NCBI GenBank assembly: GCA_039933575.1
Contig: JBDTNW010000001.1
Coordinates: 1 to 33,093 of the forward strand
Reading direction: 5' to 3'
Source: Pseudolysinimonas sp.
Lineage (GTDB): Bacteria; Actinomycetota; Actinomycetes; Actinomycetales; Microbacteriaceae
DNA length: 33,093 nt
Shown here: piece after piece, positions 1-10,662 of the stretch
Layout of the letters: each line of letters starts with the position of its first letter
How positions within the stretch are numbered: position 1 is the first letter of the stretch
Translations under genes and position numbers: made by a program
Notes under the pieces: generated by a model
What the model saw: the letters and a program-made list of their open reading frames with translations, nothing else
Told to the model about the DNA's origin: nothing
Databases searched by the model: none

Positions 1-2
1 GC

Positions 3-473
3 AACCAAGGCCAAGAGCGTGTGTACGAGAACGAGGTGATCGGGTTCAACGCCCGCATGACCGACATCCATGCCGCCATCGGCCGCGTGCAGCTCACCAA
101 GGTCGACGCCTGGACCGCGACCCGTCAGGCCAACGCCGCATTCCTCGACGCGCACCTGGAGGGCGTCGTCGTGCCGCCCGTCGCCGCGGGCGCGGTTCAC
201 GTCTATCACCAGTACACGATCCGCGTGCCCGAGGGCCGCGACGCGTTCGTCACGGCGCTCCGTGAGGAGCACCAGGTGGGCAGCGGCGTCTACTACCCGA
301 TCCCCAACCACCGCCTGCCGTCGCTCGCGCCGTATGCGCCGGGCCTCGACCTTCCCGAGACCGAACGCGCAGCCCGCGAGGTCCTTTCGCTGCCGGTGCA
401 CCCGTCGCTCGGCCAGGGCGACCTCGATCGCATCGTCGAAGCCGTGAACGCTGTCGCATCGGCGGGTTCCTGA
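3..473 (+). CDS. DegT/DnrJ/EryC1/StrS PLP-dependent sugar aminotransferase, 5'-truncated by the window edge (WbpE/WlbC-like)
   Basis: Frame is open to the window start. C-terminal DegT motifs GFNARMTDIHAAIG, HVYHQYTIR, GVYYP and LSLPVHP. TGATG overlap with the next gene. Confidence 0.9.
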   Translation, partial: NQGQERVYENEVIGFNARMTDIHAAIGRVQLTKVDAWTATRQANAAFLDAHLEGVVVPPVAAGAVHVYHQYTIRVPEGRDAFVTALREEHQVGSGVYYPIPNHRLPSLAPYAPGLDLPETERAAREVLSLPVHPSLGQGDLDRIVEAVNAVASAGS

Positions 474-1447
474 TGACCCTCCGCGCAGGCCTCGTCGGCG
501 TCGGGGTGATGGGGCGCAACCACGCCCGCGTTCTGGACATGATCGAGGGCGTCGAGTTCGTCGGCATCTCGGACCCGTCGCCTAACCTCCCCGACACGCT
601 CGAGGGCCGGCCCGTCGTCCACGACCTCGACGAGCTGATCGCGCTCGGCATCGACTACGCCGTCGTCGCGGCGCCGACCGTCTTCCACATGGAGATCGGC
701 ACGCGCCTCGCCGAAGCCGGCATCCACGCGCTCATCGAGAAGCCGGTCGCCTCGACCGCGGAAGACTCGCGCAAGCTGCGCGACCTGTTCGCCGCGAAAG
801 GCCTGATCGGCGGCGTCGGTCACATCGAGCGCTACAACCCGGCGCTCCAGGGCGCCCGCCAGCGGATCGAAGACGGGATGCTCGGCGAGATCTACCAGAT
901 CGCCACTCGTCGACAAGGCCCCTTCCCCGGACGCATTGCCGACGTCGGCGTCATCAAGGACCTCGCCTCGCACGACATCGACCTCACCGCATGGGTCGCA
1001 CAACACGAATTCGTCTCCGTGAACGCACGCACCGCGCACCGCAGCGGACGCCCGCACGAAGACATGGTGCTCGCGGTCGGCACCCTCGCCGACGGCACCA
1101 TCACCTCGCACGTCGTCAATTGGCTGACGCCCTTCAAGGAGCGCCTGACAGTCATCACGGGCGAGAAGGGTGTCCTGGTCGCCGACACCCTCACCGCGAA
1201 CCTCACGTACTACGAGAACGGCCGCATCGAAGTCTCCTGGGATCCGGGCGAGTTCCGAGGCGTCTCCGAGGGAGACTCGACGCGCTATGCACTCGACCGC
1301 AAGGAGCCGCTACTCGCCGAGCACGAGGCGTTCCGCGACTCGGTGCTCGCCGGTGAGCCGCGCGGGATTGTGACGCTCGAAGAAGGCGCGCGCGTCGTCG
1401 AGATCGCCGAGCGGCTCGTCGCCGACGGCCTCGACCGTCGGCTCTGA
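473..1447 (+). CDS. Gfo/Idh/MocA oxidoreductase (WbpB/WlbA-like NDP-sugar 3-dehydrogenase)
   Basis: Rossmann GVGVMG, ALIEKP, GHIERYNP and DLASHDID motifs; translationally coupled to the DegT gene. Confidence 0.88.
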   Translation: MTLRAGLVGVGVMGRNHARVLDMIEGVEFVGISDPSPNLPDTLEGRPVVHDLDELIALGIDYAVVAAPTVFHMEIGTRLAEAGIHALIEKPVASTAEDSRKLRDLFAAKGLIGGVGHIERYNPALQGARQRIEDGMLGEIYQIATRRQGPFPGRIADVGVIKDLASHDIDLTAWVAQHEFVSVNARTAHRSGRPHEDMVLAVGTLADGTITSHVVNWLTPFKERLTVITGEKGVLVADTLTANLTYYENGRIEVSWDPGEFRGVSEGDSTRYALDRKEPLLAEHEAFRDSVLAGEPRGIVTLEEGARVVEIAERLVADGLDRRL

Positions 1448-1462
1448 GCGCGGGCGACCATC

Positions 1463-2602
1463 GTGACCGACGCGTCACCGGAGACCGTCCGCGACGTGAC
1501 CGCGCCGCGCGTGCGCCTCGAAGCGCTGACAGGCCTGCGATGGCTCGCCGCGTTCTGGGTGTTCGGGTACCACATGCAGAACTTCGGCTCGCTCCCCGCG
1601 CCCTTCGACGTCCCGGTGCGCATCGGGTCCCTTGGCGTGACGTTCTTCTTCGTGCTGTCCGGGTTCGTTCTCACCTGGTCGATGCGACCGACGCTGAAGA
1701 TGTCGACGTTCTACACGCGGCGGTTCGCGCGCATCTGGCCGGCCCACATGGTCGCCCTCCTGCTGGCCATCCCGGTGTTCTATACCTTCGCGGTTCCCGA
1801 GCACGGGTGGGTGAAGCCATTCGATCTCGGGATCCTGCTCCTTTCGGTAGTGCTGTTGCAGGGGTTCAGTCGGGATCCCACGATCCTGTTCTCGGGCAAT
1901 CCGGCCGCCTGGACGCTCAGCTGCGAGATGCTGTTCTACGCCCTCCACCCTTGGCTCGGTCGGCTGTTGCGGAAGGCGACCCGACGGGGCGCGTTGATAG
2001 TCGCCGCGGGCACGATCGTCGTCGCCTTCGCCTATCGGACCGGCGTCGACCTGGGACCGGCGTGGTTGGCGGCCGCGCCGCTGCCGTTCGAGCGCGTCCC
2101 CGAGTTCGTTCTCGGAATGGCGATCGCCTGGGCCTTCGCCCAGGGCTGGCGGCCGCGGATCCCGACCTGGGTGGCGTGGATCGCGTTCGCAGTGGTCATC
2201 CTGTGGCTCACAGTCGGGCCTAACCACGGCATCCCTTTTCTCTCGGATGTCGCAGGAATGTATACGAACGAGCTGGCGACGCTCGCGTGTGCGCTCCTGA
2301 TCGTTGCCGTCGCCGGTGCCACCCTGCTCGGTCGCCGTAGCTGGCTTGAGCACCCGCTGATGGTGCGCCTCGGCAACTGGTCGTACGTCTTCTACCTCGT
2401 ACATGCGACCGTGATCTACGCGACGATGAACATCCTCGGCGGTAGCCACGGGCCCGGCTGGAGCAACCTGCTCTGGGGCACCGGGATCTTCCTGGTCGCG
2501 GTCGCCCTCTCGTTCGCCATCCATCACCTGGTGGAGGTGCCTGCGGAGCGCGTCATCCGCGGCTGGAAGGATCGACGGGATCTGGCGGCGACGCCACGAT
2601 GA
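1463..2602 (+). CDS. Acyltransferase-3 family membrane O-acyltransferase (OafA/OatA-like)
   Basis: About 10 hydrophobic segments; motifs LTGLRWLAA, FFFVLSGFVL, RRFARIWP, WTLSCEMLFY and SYVFYLVH. Confidence 0.9.
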   Translation: MTDASPETVRDVTAPRVRLEALTGLRWLAAFWVFGYHMQNFGSLPAPFDVPVRIGSLGVTFFFVLSGFVLTWSMRPTLKMSTFYTRRFARIWPAHMVALLLAIPVFYTFAVPEHGWVKPFDLGILLLSVVLLQGFSRDPTILFSGNPAAWTLSCEMLFYALHPWLGRLLRKATRRGALIVAAGTIVVAFAYRTGVDLGPAWLAAAPLPFERVPEFVLGMAIAWAFAQGWRPRIPTWVAWIAFAVVILWLTVGPNHGIPFLSDVAGMYTNELATLACALLIVAVAGATLLGRRSWLEHPLMVRLGNWSYVFYLVHATVIYATMNILGGSHGPGWSNLLWGTGIFLVAVALSFAIHHLVEVPAERVIRGWKDRRDLAATPR

Positions 2603-2640
2603 GCTCCCAGGACGGGCTGTCGACGCGACCCTACTGAGCG

Positions 2641-3402
2641 TCAGCGCCCCAGCGACCGCACCTGCTCGGGCGTCGGGTAGGAAATGAGCACGGCCCGGTG
2701 TTTGCCGTTGAGCACGAACATGCTGCCCGCCGCAACAGCGGAGGCACCAGCGTCGAGCGCTGTGCGGAAGTCGTCAAACGCGGAGGCCCCGCCCAGCGCA
2801 ACGACAGGGACCGTGACGGCGGACGCCACAGACTCGACGAGTTTCAGATCGTAGCCGCTGAAGGTGCCCTCTCGGTCGATCGACGACACGATGATCTCCC
2901 CGGCGCCCAGCTCTTGAGCGCGGCGAGCGGCCTCGGCGGGAGTGAGTCCCACGCGCTTCGAAGCGCGGCGGATGAAGGTGTCCCACCCTCCGGTCATCCT
3001 CTTCTTAGCGTCGATGCTCACGACCGTGCTTGACGCGCCGAGTGCCGCCGAGATCTCGGTGATCGACTCCGGTTGCGTGACGGCGATGGTGTTCAGCACG
3101 ACCTTCTCGATGCCGATACCCGTGATGCGCCGAGCATCGGCGACCGAGGTAATGCCTCCCCCGTAGGCGACCGGCATGAATGCTTCACTCGCGATGTCCG
3201 CGATGAGCCCGTAATTGACACCCGTACCCTTGAGCGAGGCGTCGATGTCGCAGATGACGAGTTCGTCGACCTGCTTCTCGTTGAAAATACGCACCGCGTT
3301 GATCGGATCGCCGACGTACTTGTCGCCGGCAAAGCGCACTGGCTTGACCAGGTAGCCGTCGCTCACTAGGAGCACGGGGATCACGCGCGGGAAAACGTTC
3401 AT
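2641..3402 (-). CDS. HisF-like cyclase-fold protein of sugar amidation systems (AglZ/HisF2/WbuZ type)
   Basis: RVIPVLL, YVGDPINAVRIFNEKQVDEL, PVAYGGG, GAGEIIVSSIDREGT and AVLISYP; overlaps the HisH gene by 4 bp. Confidence 0.9.
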   Translation of the reverse strand: MNVFPRVIPVLLVSDGYLVKPVRFAGDKYVGDPINAVRIFNEKQVDELVICDIDASLKGTGVNYGLIADIASEAFMPVAYGGGITSVADARRITGIGIEKVVLNTIAVTQPESITEISAALGASSTVVSIDAKKRMTGGWDTFIRRASKRVGLTPAEAARRAQELGAGEIIVSSIDREGTFSGYDLKLVESVASAVTVPVVALGGASAFDDFRTALDAGASAVAAGSMFVLNGKHRAVLISYPTPEQVRSLGR

Positions 3403-4007
3403 AGGTGCGCGAAGTTGCCGAGGACGGTCATCCCGAAGGCGTGGCTTTTCTCCGGATGGAACTGTGCTCCCATGACGTTACCCGCGCGAATCATCGAGGC
3501 GAACGGGACGCCGTACTGCGTCGTCGCCAGGACATCCTCGTTGCGGTCGGGGACGACGCGGTAGCTATGCACGAAATAGAATCGGCTGTCATCGGCGAGT
3601 CCGGCGACCAGTGGATCTTCGCGGGACGGGTGAGCGTAGTTCCAGCCCATATGCGGCACCCGGATGCCGGCCGCTTCATTGAACCTTTGACTAACGCCGG
3701 GGACGAGTCCGAGACCCGGGGTGACACCCTCCTCGCTCGAATCCAGCAGCAGCTGCATCCCGAGGCAGATACCGAGCACGGGCTGGCCCGTTGCCGCGAA
3801 GTCGCGAAGAGCTTCGACGAGTCCCTGCTCTCTCAAGAGATCCATGCCAGTGTCGAAGGCGCCGATTCCGGGCAGCAGCACTCGGTCGCTCGCGGCGATC
3901 TCCGCCGGCGTGCTCACACGGCGCGATGTAGTTCCGACCCGCTTGAGCATGTTCTCGACGGAGCCGAGGTTTCCGAGCCCGTAGTCGATGATCGAGACAC
4001 CACTCAC
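3399..4007 (-). CDS. hisH: HisH-like class I glutamine amidotransferase (WbuY type), copy 1
   Basis: IIDYGLGN, LPGIGAF, nucleophile motif GICLGMQ, VPHMGWN, FYFVHSY and QFHPEKS (Cys-His-Glu triad intact). Confidence 0.9.
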   Translation of the reverse strand: MSGVSIIDYGLGNLGSVENMLKRVGTTSRRVSTPAEIAASDRVLLPGIGAFDTGMDLLREQGLVEALRDFAATGQPVLGICLGMQLLLDSSEEGVTPGLGLVPGVSQRFNEAAGIRVPHMGWNYAHPSREDPLVAGLADDSRFYFVHSYRVVPDRNEDVLATTQYGVPFASMIRAGNVMGAQFHPEKSHAFGMTVLGNFAHL

Positions 4008-4054
4008 CGACCACCGCCTGTCTCCGGGCTAGCCGGTAACTCTTTGACGTTCAG

Positions 4055-4060
4055 ATGATA
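4055..4060 (-). promoter_or_regulatory. Putative -10 element (TATCAT) for hisH-hisF copy 1
   Basis: TANNNT hexamer about 48 bp upstream of the GTG start, in a 170-bp intergenic region. Confidence 0.4.
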
Positions 4061-4177
4061 CTGCCCGCGAGCGGGCCGAAGCAGACCGACCGGGTCGATC
4101 GGCAGTGGCGGCTGACCTACCTCGACGTGGCTCGCACTCGACGGGACCCGCGACGCCTGACCCGCGGGGCGACCGGC

Positions 4178-6643
<2,466 letters not shown>

Positions 6644-6670
6644 CGCCACCCCCACGTCGTCATCCCGAAC

Positions 6671-6759
6671 ACTATACGTAGAGGATCGGCCGCGAGCCCG
6701 GAGCCGGGGCCGACCGCGCCGAGCTGTATCGAGTGTGCGGCTCCGCCCGGCGGTATCGT
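6671..6759. promoter_or_regulatory. Divergent promoter region: TATAGT (minus, 6671-6676) and TATCGT (plus, 6754-6759)
   Basis: TANNNT hexamers facing each of the divergent genes. Confidence 0.4.
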
Positions 6760-6814
6760 GAGACCCTGTGGAGACAATCTGGCCGGCCCCGTTCCGCCCT
6801 CCCCACGCGGGACC

Positions 6815-7654
6815 GTGAAGCTGCTCGTCACCGGAGCCGCAGGCCTTGTCGGCGGCGCGATCGCTCGCCGCGCGACCGAACTCGGCCACGAAGTCATCCG
6901 GGTCTGGAATTCCGCGCCGATCCCGGCCCTGCCCGGCGCACATGATCTGCGGTGCGATCTCGAGAACCCCTCCGCGGTCTCCTCGCTACCCACCGATGTG
7001 TCCGCTGTCATCCACGCGGCGGCGCGCGTCCCCGCCGGCAATTGGCCCGACGATGCCGCGGGCTCGGCCAACCGCCGCGCCGACGACGCCCTGCTGCATC
7101 AGTACCGGGCCTTCGGAGGAGCCTGGGTCTACGTGTCCAGCGTGGCCCTGGAGGTGCCGGAGGTGCGCCGGACGAGCTCCTACGCGCGGGAGAAGGCGGC
7201 CACCGAGGAAAACGTCACGCTCGCGTTTTCGGGTCGGGCTCGCAGCCTCAGGATCAGCTCCCCTTACGGACCCGGGATGCGGCATCTCAACGTCCTCCGC
7301 CGGTTCGTGGAGGCTGCGCGCGCGGGCGGCCCGATCACCATCTTCGGAAGCGGCGAACGGACGCAGGACTTCATTCACGTGGATGACGTCGCGACCGCTG
7401 CCATCGCCGCTGCAGAGGTCCCCGGGGGCGCGCCGGTCGTCGTCGCCTCCGGCGAACCGGTCACAATGACCCAGCTCGCTCGCCTAATCGTGCAGATCGC
7501 GGGCTCCAGCTCGCCCATCAATTACTTGGACAGACCCGACCCCCAAGAGCGATTCAGGGCGGACTACGACCTCGGTCCCGCGTTCGACGCGCTCGGCTGG
7601 ACGCCATCGATCCGCCTGGAGATAGGCCTTCGATCCCTAGTCGAGGCGATGTGA
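6815..7654 (+). CDS. NAD-dependent epimerase/dehydratase/reductase (extended SDR)
   Basis: GTG start at KLLVTGAAGLVG; HAAA, YVSS, YAREK (YxxxK), PYGPG and QDFIHVDD. Confidence 0.85.
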   Translation: MKLLVTGAAGLVGGAIARRATELGHEVIRVWNSAPIPALPGAHDLRCDLENPSAVSSLPTDVSAVIHAAARVPAGNWPDDAAGSANRRADDALLHQYRAFGGAWVYVSSVALEVPEVRRTSSYAREKAATEENVTLAFSGRARSLRISSPYGPGMRHLNVLRRFVEAARAGGPITIFGSGERTQDFIHVDDVATAAIAAAEVPGGAPVVVASGEPVTMTQLARLIVQIAGSSSPINYLDRPDPQERFRADYDLGPAFDALGWTPSIRLEIGLRSLVEAM

Positions 7655-8307
7655 GAGTCGCCCTGTTTTCGGACGTGCATGGGAATGCCGTCGCGCTTCG
7701 CCAACTTCTTGAGGAGCCCGGGTTCGCCTCAGCGGACATGCGGGTGTTCCTCGGCGATGCTGTCGGCTATTTCCCTGCGGGGGCGGAGGTCGTCGAGGTC
7801 CTGCGTTCGACGGTCGACATCGGGGTGCAAGGCAATCACGACGCGATGATCACGGGCGCGCTACCGATCGACCCGGTCGCGGACCAGGTCTACCGCCTGG
7901 CCGTTCAGCTCGGGTCGCTCAACGACCAGGCCCAAAGCTACCTCGCAGAACTCCCCCGCACTGCGGAACTAAGCGGCGCATTTCTCGTGCACGGGAGCCC
8001 AAGCAACCCTCTCCTAGGGCGCCTCCACGCTGACACCTCCGAGGACGCAATCGGCGAACTGACGACACCATTCGTCTTCGTCGGCCAGACGCATCGACCG
8101 TTCATCCGTCGGGTCGGGTCATCGACGCTCGTCAACGTCGGGTCGGTCGGGCTTCCCCGCGATGGCACCGCACACGGCTGTTACGCTGTGTGGGATTCCG
8201 CGAGCGGCGAGGTGCAGGTGCATCCATTCCGGCTGGACGCGAGGGCCATCCTCTCGGAGTATCCCGATGTGCATCCGGACGTGCGCGCGAGGATCGCGGA
8301 GCGGTGA
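7651..8307 (+). CDS. Calcineurin-like metallophosphoesterase (YfcE/MJ0936-like)
   Basis: SDVHGN, LGDAVGY, GNHD, VHGSP, GQTH and NVGSVG; GTGA overlaps at both ends. Confidence 0.88.
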   Translation: MRVALFSDVHGNAVALRQLLEEPGFASADMRVFLGDAVGYFPAGAEVVEVLRSTVDIGVQGNHDAMITGALPIDPVADQVYRLAVQLGSLNDQAQSYLAELPRTAELSGAFLVHGSPSNPLLGRLHADTSEDAIGELTTPFVFVGQTHRPFIRRVGSSTLVNVGSVGLPRDGTAHGCYAVWDSASGEVQVHPFRLDARAILSEYPDVHPDVRARIAER

Positions 8308-9389
8308 TTGTCCGCACAACCGGAGGACTGCAAACGGTGTTGAACATTCTGGTGACCGGTGGTGGGGGCGGCGGCGTCGGCGAACAGCTGATAAAGACGA
8401 TGCGCCTCTCCGGGATCGAAAGCCGAATCGTGGCCACGGACACCTCGAGCGTGAGCACGGCGACGGTGAACGCAGACGCCTTCGAGGTCGTGCCGATGGC
8501 GCGCGACGAGGGCTACCTCGACGCGCTCCTCGCCCTGAGCGCTCGCGAGAAGATCGACGTGCTCCTGCCCGGATCTGAGGCTGAACTCCGGGTGATCAGC
8601 GACAACCGCGAGCACTTCGAACGGCTCGGCATCTTCTTGCCGATCAATCCGAAATCAGTGATCGATCTCAGCCTCGACAAGAGCCGCACTGCCAAGTTCT
8701 TTATCGAACACGGTCTCGCGTTCCCGCGGAGCGCGACGATCACGAGCACCGATGACCTCGAGCGCGTCGACTTCCTGCCTGCGGTTTTGAAGCCGTCGAT
8801 CGGCGGCGGCGGCTCAGCCAACATAATGCTCGCCCAGTCCCTCGACGAGCTTCGGGTCTTCGGGCAGTACCTACTCGGCATCTATCCGGAGTTCGTCGTG
8901 CAGGAGTACGTCGGCACCGAAGAGTCGGAATACACGGTCGGCGTACTGCTCGACATGGACGGCGGGGTCGTGAACTCGATCGCGATGCGCAGGATCATCC
9001 GCAACGGTCTCGGCGCCAAGCTCCGCGTCGCAAACCGCACGGGGCGAGCGGAGCACGGCGAGTATCTCGCCATCAGCAGCGGCATCTCTCAGGGCGAGTT
9101 CGTCTCTCCCTTTGAGCTCAACCGTGAATGCGAGCGGATCGCCGTCGAGCTCGGCGCGAGAGCTGCCATCAACATCCAATGTCGCTGGGTCGACGGCAAA
9201 GCCGTCGTGTTCGAAGTCAACCCACGTTTCAGCGGCACGTCGTCGAGCCGCGCTCTTGTCGGCTACAACGAACTGGCGGTGCTATTGCGAGCACGGTTCG
9301 AGGGCATCGAGCCGGAGCGCGGGTTCGCCTATCGTCACGGCTACGTGCTCCGCGGTCTCCAGGAACGCTTCATCGCGGCGGCTGGCTAG
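8304..9389 (+). CDS. ATP-grasp ligase (carbamoyl-phosphate-synthase-like, single-domain)
   Basis: NILVTGGGGG, LLPGSEAEL, DK, LKPSIGGGGS, VVQEYV and FEVNPRFSG. Start chosen at the GTG overlapping the upstream stop; 8337 is an alternative. Confidence 0.85.
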   Translation: MIVRTTGGLQTVLNILVTGGGGGGVGEQLIKTMRLSGIESRIVATDTSSVSTATVNADAFEVVPMARDEGYLDALLALSAREKIDVLLPGSEAELRVISDNREHFERLGIFLPINPKSVIDLSLDKSRTAKFFIEHGLAFPRSATITSTDDLERVDFLPAVLKPSIGGGGSANIMLAQSLDELRVFGQYLLGIYPEFVVQEYVGTEESEYTVGVLLDMDGGVVNSIAMRRIIRNGLGAKLRVANRTGRAEHGEYLAISSGISQGEFVSPFELNRECERIAVELGARAAINIQCRWVDGKAVVFEVNPRFSGTSSSRALVGYNELAVLLRARFEGIEPERGFAYRHGYVLRGLQERFIAAAG

Positions 9390-9470
9390 GTCGAGCAAGC
9401 CGAAACCTGCGTGATCGTTCGGGGTCTGGGGAGGAGAACGTCATGCGTTCCAGGTCGTTGCGTCAGATCG

Positions 9471-10652
9471 TTAGTACGGAGAGCCGAGCGCTAGCACGTC
9501 GGCGACGCAGGTAATGCGGACGCCTGGCAGTAGCCCGGCAAGGGTCTCGGCAAGCCGCGGGCCGAAAGTCTGAGACATGATCAGCACCGAATCGGGCGGC
9601 CGCACGAGGAGCTCCTCGCGGTTCTCGATCGGTGCAACGAACCCGGGGTAGAACTTCCCGTGCGCGCCTTCGTCGTCGTCGAAGAAGCGCACGGCGTCCA
9701 ACCGGAGTCTGCCGATCTCGGCGACGTTCAAGAACCGACTGGGCACGTACACTCCGAGCTCCCGGCGGTCGCGGGTGCCGTCTTCGACGAAAGCGCGGAC
9801 TAGCCCGCCATTGGCACGCGCCTGGCGCGCGTAGCGCTCCGCGACCCCGATCGCCTCCCCGACCTCGACCGGTTCAACCGATTGCTCGACAGGGGTGATG
9901 AGGCAATAGAGAGACCCGCCAAAGGATGCGACCTCGAGAACGTCGACACCCAATCCCGCCAGCCGGACCGTGTTGGTGAGCGTCCGGCGGTCGAAATAGC
10001 TCCAGTGCTCGTGGAACAACGTCGAGACGTCACCCGAGTTGAGGTAAGCGCTCTCGTCCGGTACGCCGACGATGATGCGACCGCCGACGGCCAGCTGGCT
10101 CGCAAGAACGCTGAGGAAATCGACCGGATCCTCAAGGTGCTCGAGCACGTTGCTGAGCACAATGAAATCGAACAGCCCGGTCACCTGTGGCGACGGGAAG
10201 AAGTCGTGCACAATCTCGACGCCGTTCTCGCGCGCCCCGTCCTGCCCGTGCGCACCCGGCTCGATCCCGAGTACGGCGGCGCCCCGGTCTCGGAGCTGGG
10301 CAAGGAGGTAACCGGTTCCGCTCCCGATCTCTAGCAGGCGACGCCCCGCGAATTCGCCCACCTCCCGATCGATGAACGCGAGGAAGTCGTCGGCATAGAC
10401 GCGCCCGATCCCGGAGGCGTCGAAGTTACTCGGCATCGCGTCAGCGGTGCGATACGCGAGGCCGAGTGCACGGGCGACGACGGGATTCTCGACTTGGCTG
10501 ACGAGCCCCGTGCGGGTATCAACCCCGAGCACGAATGGCAACGCATCGGGCAGGCCAACCATGTTGTGCGGGCGATCGAGGGCGCCGAGGACGAACGGGA
10601 GTGAGTCGATTTGCCATAGGGAGGTCACGCGCGAGTGGGGCAAAAGCGACAC
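9471..10652 (-). CDS. Class I SAM-dependent methyltransferase resembling NDP-sugar C-methyltransferases
   Basis: LLEIGSGTG, GIEPG, FDFIVLSNVLEHL, FHEHWSYF, GGSL and C-terminal PPDSVLIMS. Confidence 0.8.
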   Translation of the reverse strand: MSLLPHSRVTSLWQIDSLPFVLGALDRPHNMVGLPDALPFVLGVDTRTGLVSQVENPVVARALGLAYRTADAMPSNFDASGIGRVYADDFLAFIDREVGEFAGRRLLEIGSGTGYLLAQLRDRGAAVLGIEPGAHGQDGARENGVEIVHDFFPSPQVTGLFDFIVLSNVLEHLEDPVDFLSVLASQLAVGGRIIVGVPDESAYLNSGDVSTLFHEHWSYFDRRTLTNTVRLAGLGVDVLEVASFGGSLYCLITPVEQSVEPVEVGEAIGVAERYARQARANGGLVRAFVEDGTRDRRELGVYVPSRFLNVAEIGRLRLDAVRFFDDDEGAHGKFYPGFVAPIENREELLVRPPDSVLIMSQTFGPRLAETLAGLLPGVRITCVADVLALGSPY

Positions 10653-10662
10653 GAGGTCGACG

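Noticed and set aside
2603-2640. Intrinsic terminators at convergent junctions (also 9390-9470 and 29956-29981)
   Set aside because: No convincing stem-loop with a U-tract could be identified by eye.
2641-4007. Histidine biosynthesis operon (hisH/hisF)
   Set aside because: No other his genes are present, the catalytic Asp is missing, and the context is glycan amidation.
6644-6943. 100-aa N-terminal extension of the FG-GAP protein, and similar extensions on ORFs starting at 17607, 18620, 24161, 24356, 25345 and 32864
   Set aside because: They overlap neighbouring genes or promoters. Downstream starts give a signal peptide, coupled stop/start junctions or properly spaced -10/SD elements.
8304-9389. 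carB (carbamoyl-phosphate synthase large subunit)
   Set aside because: Only about 360 aa with a single ATP-grasp domain, and no carA.
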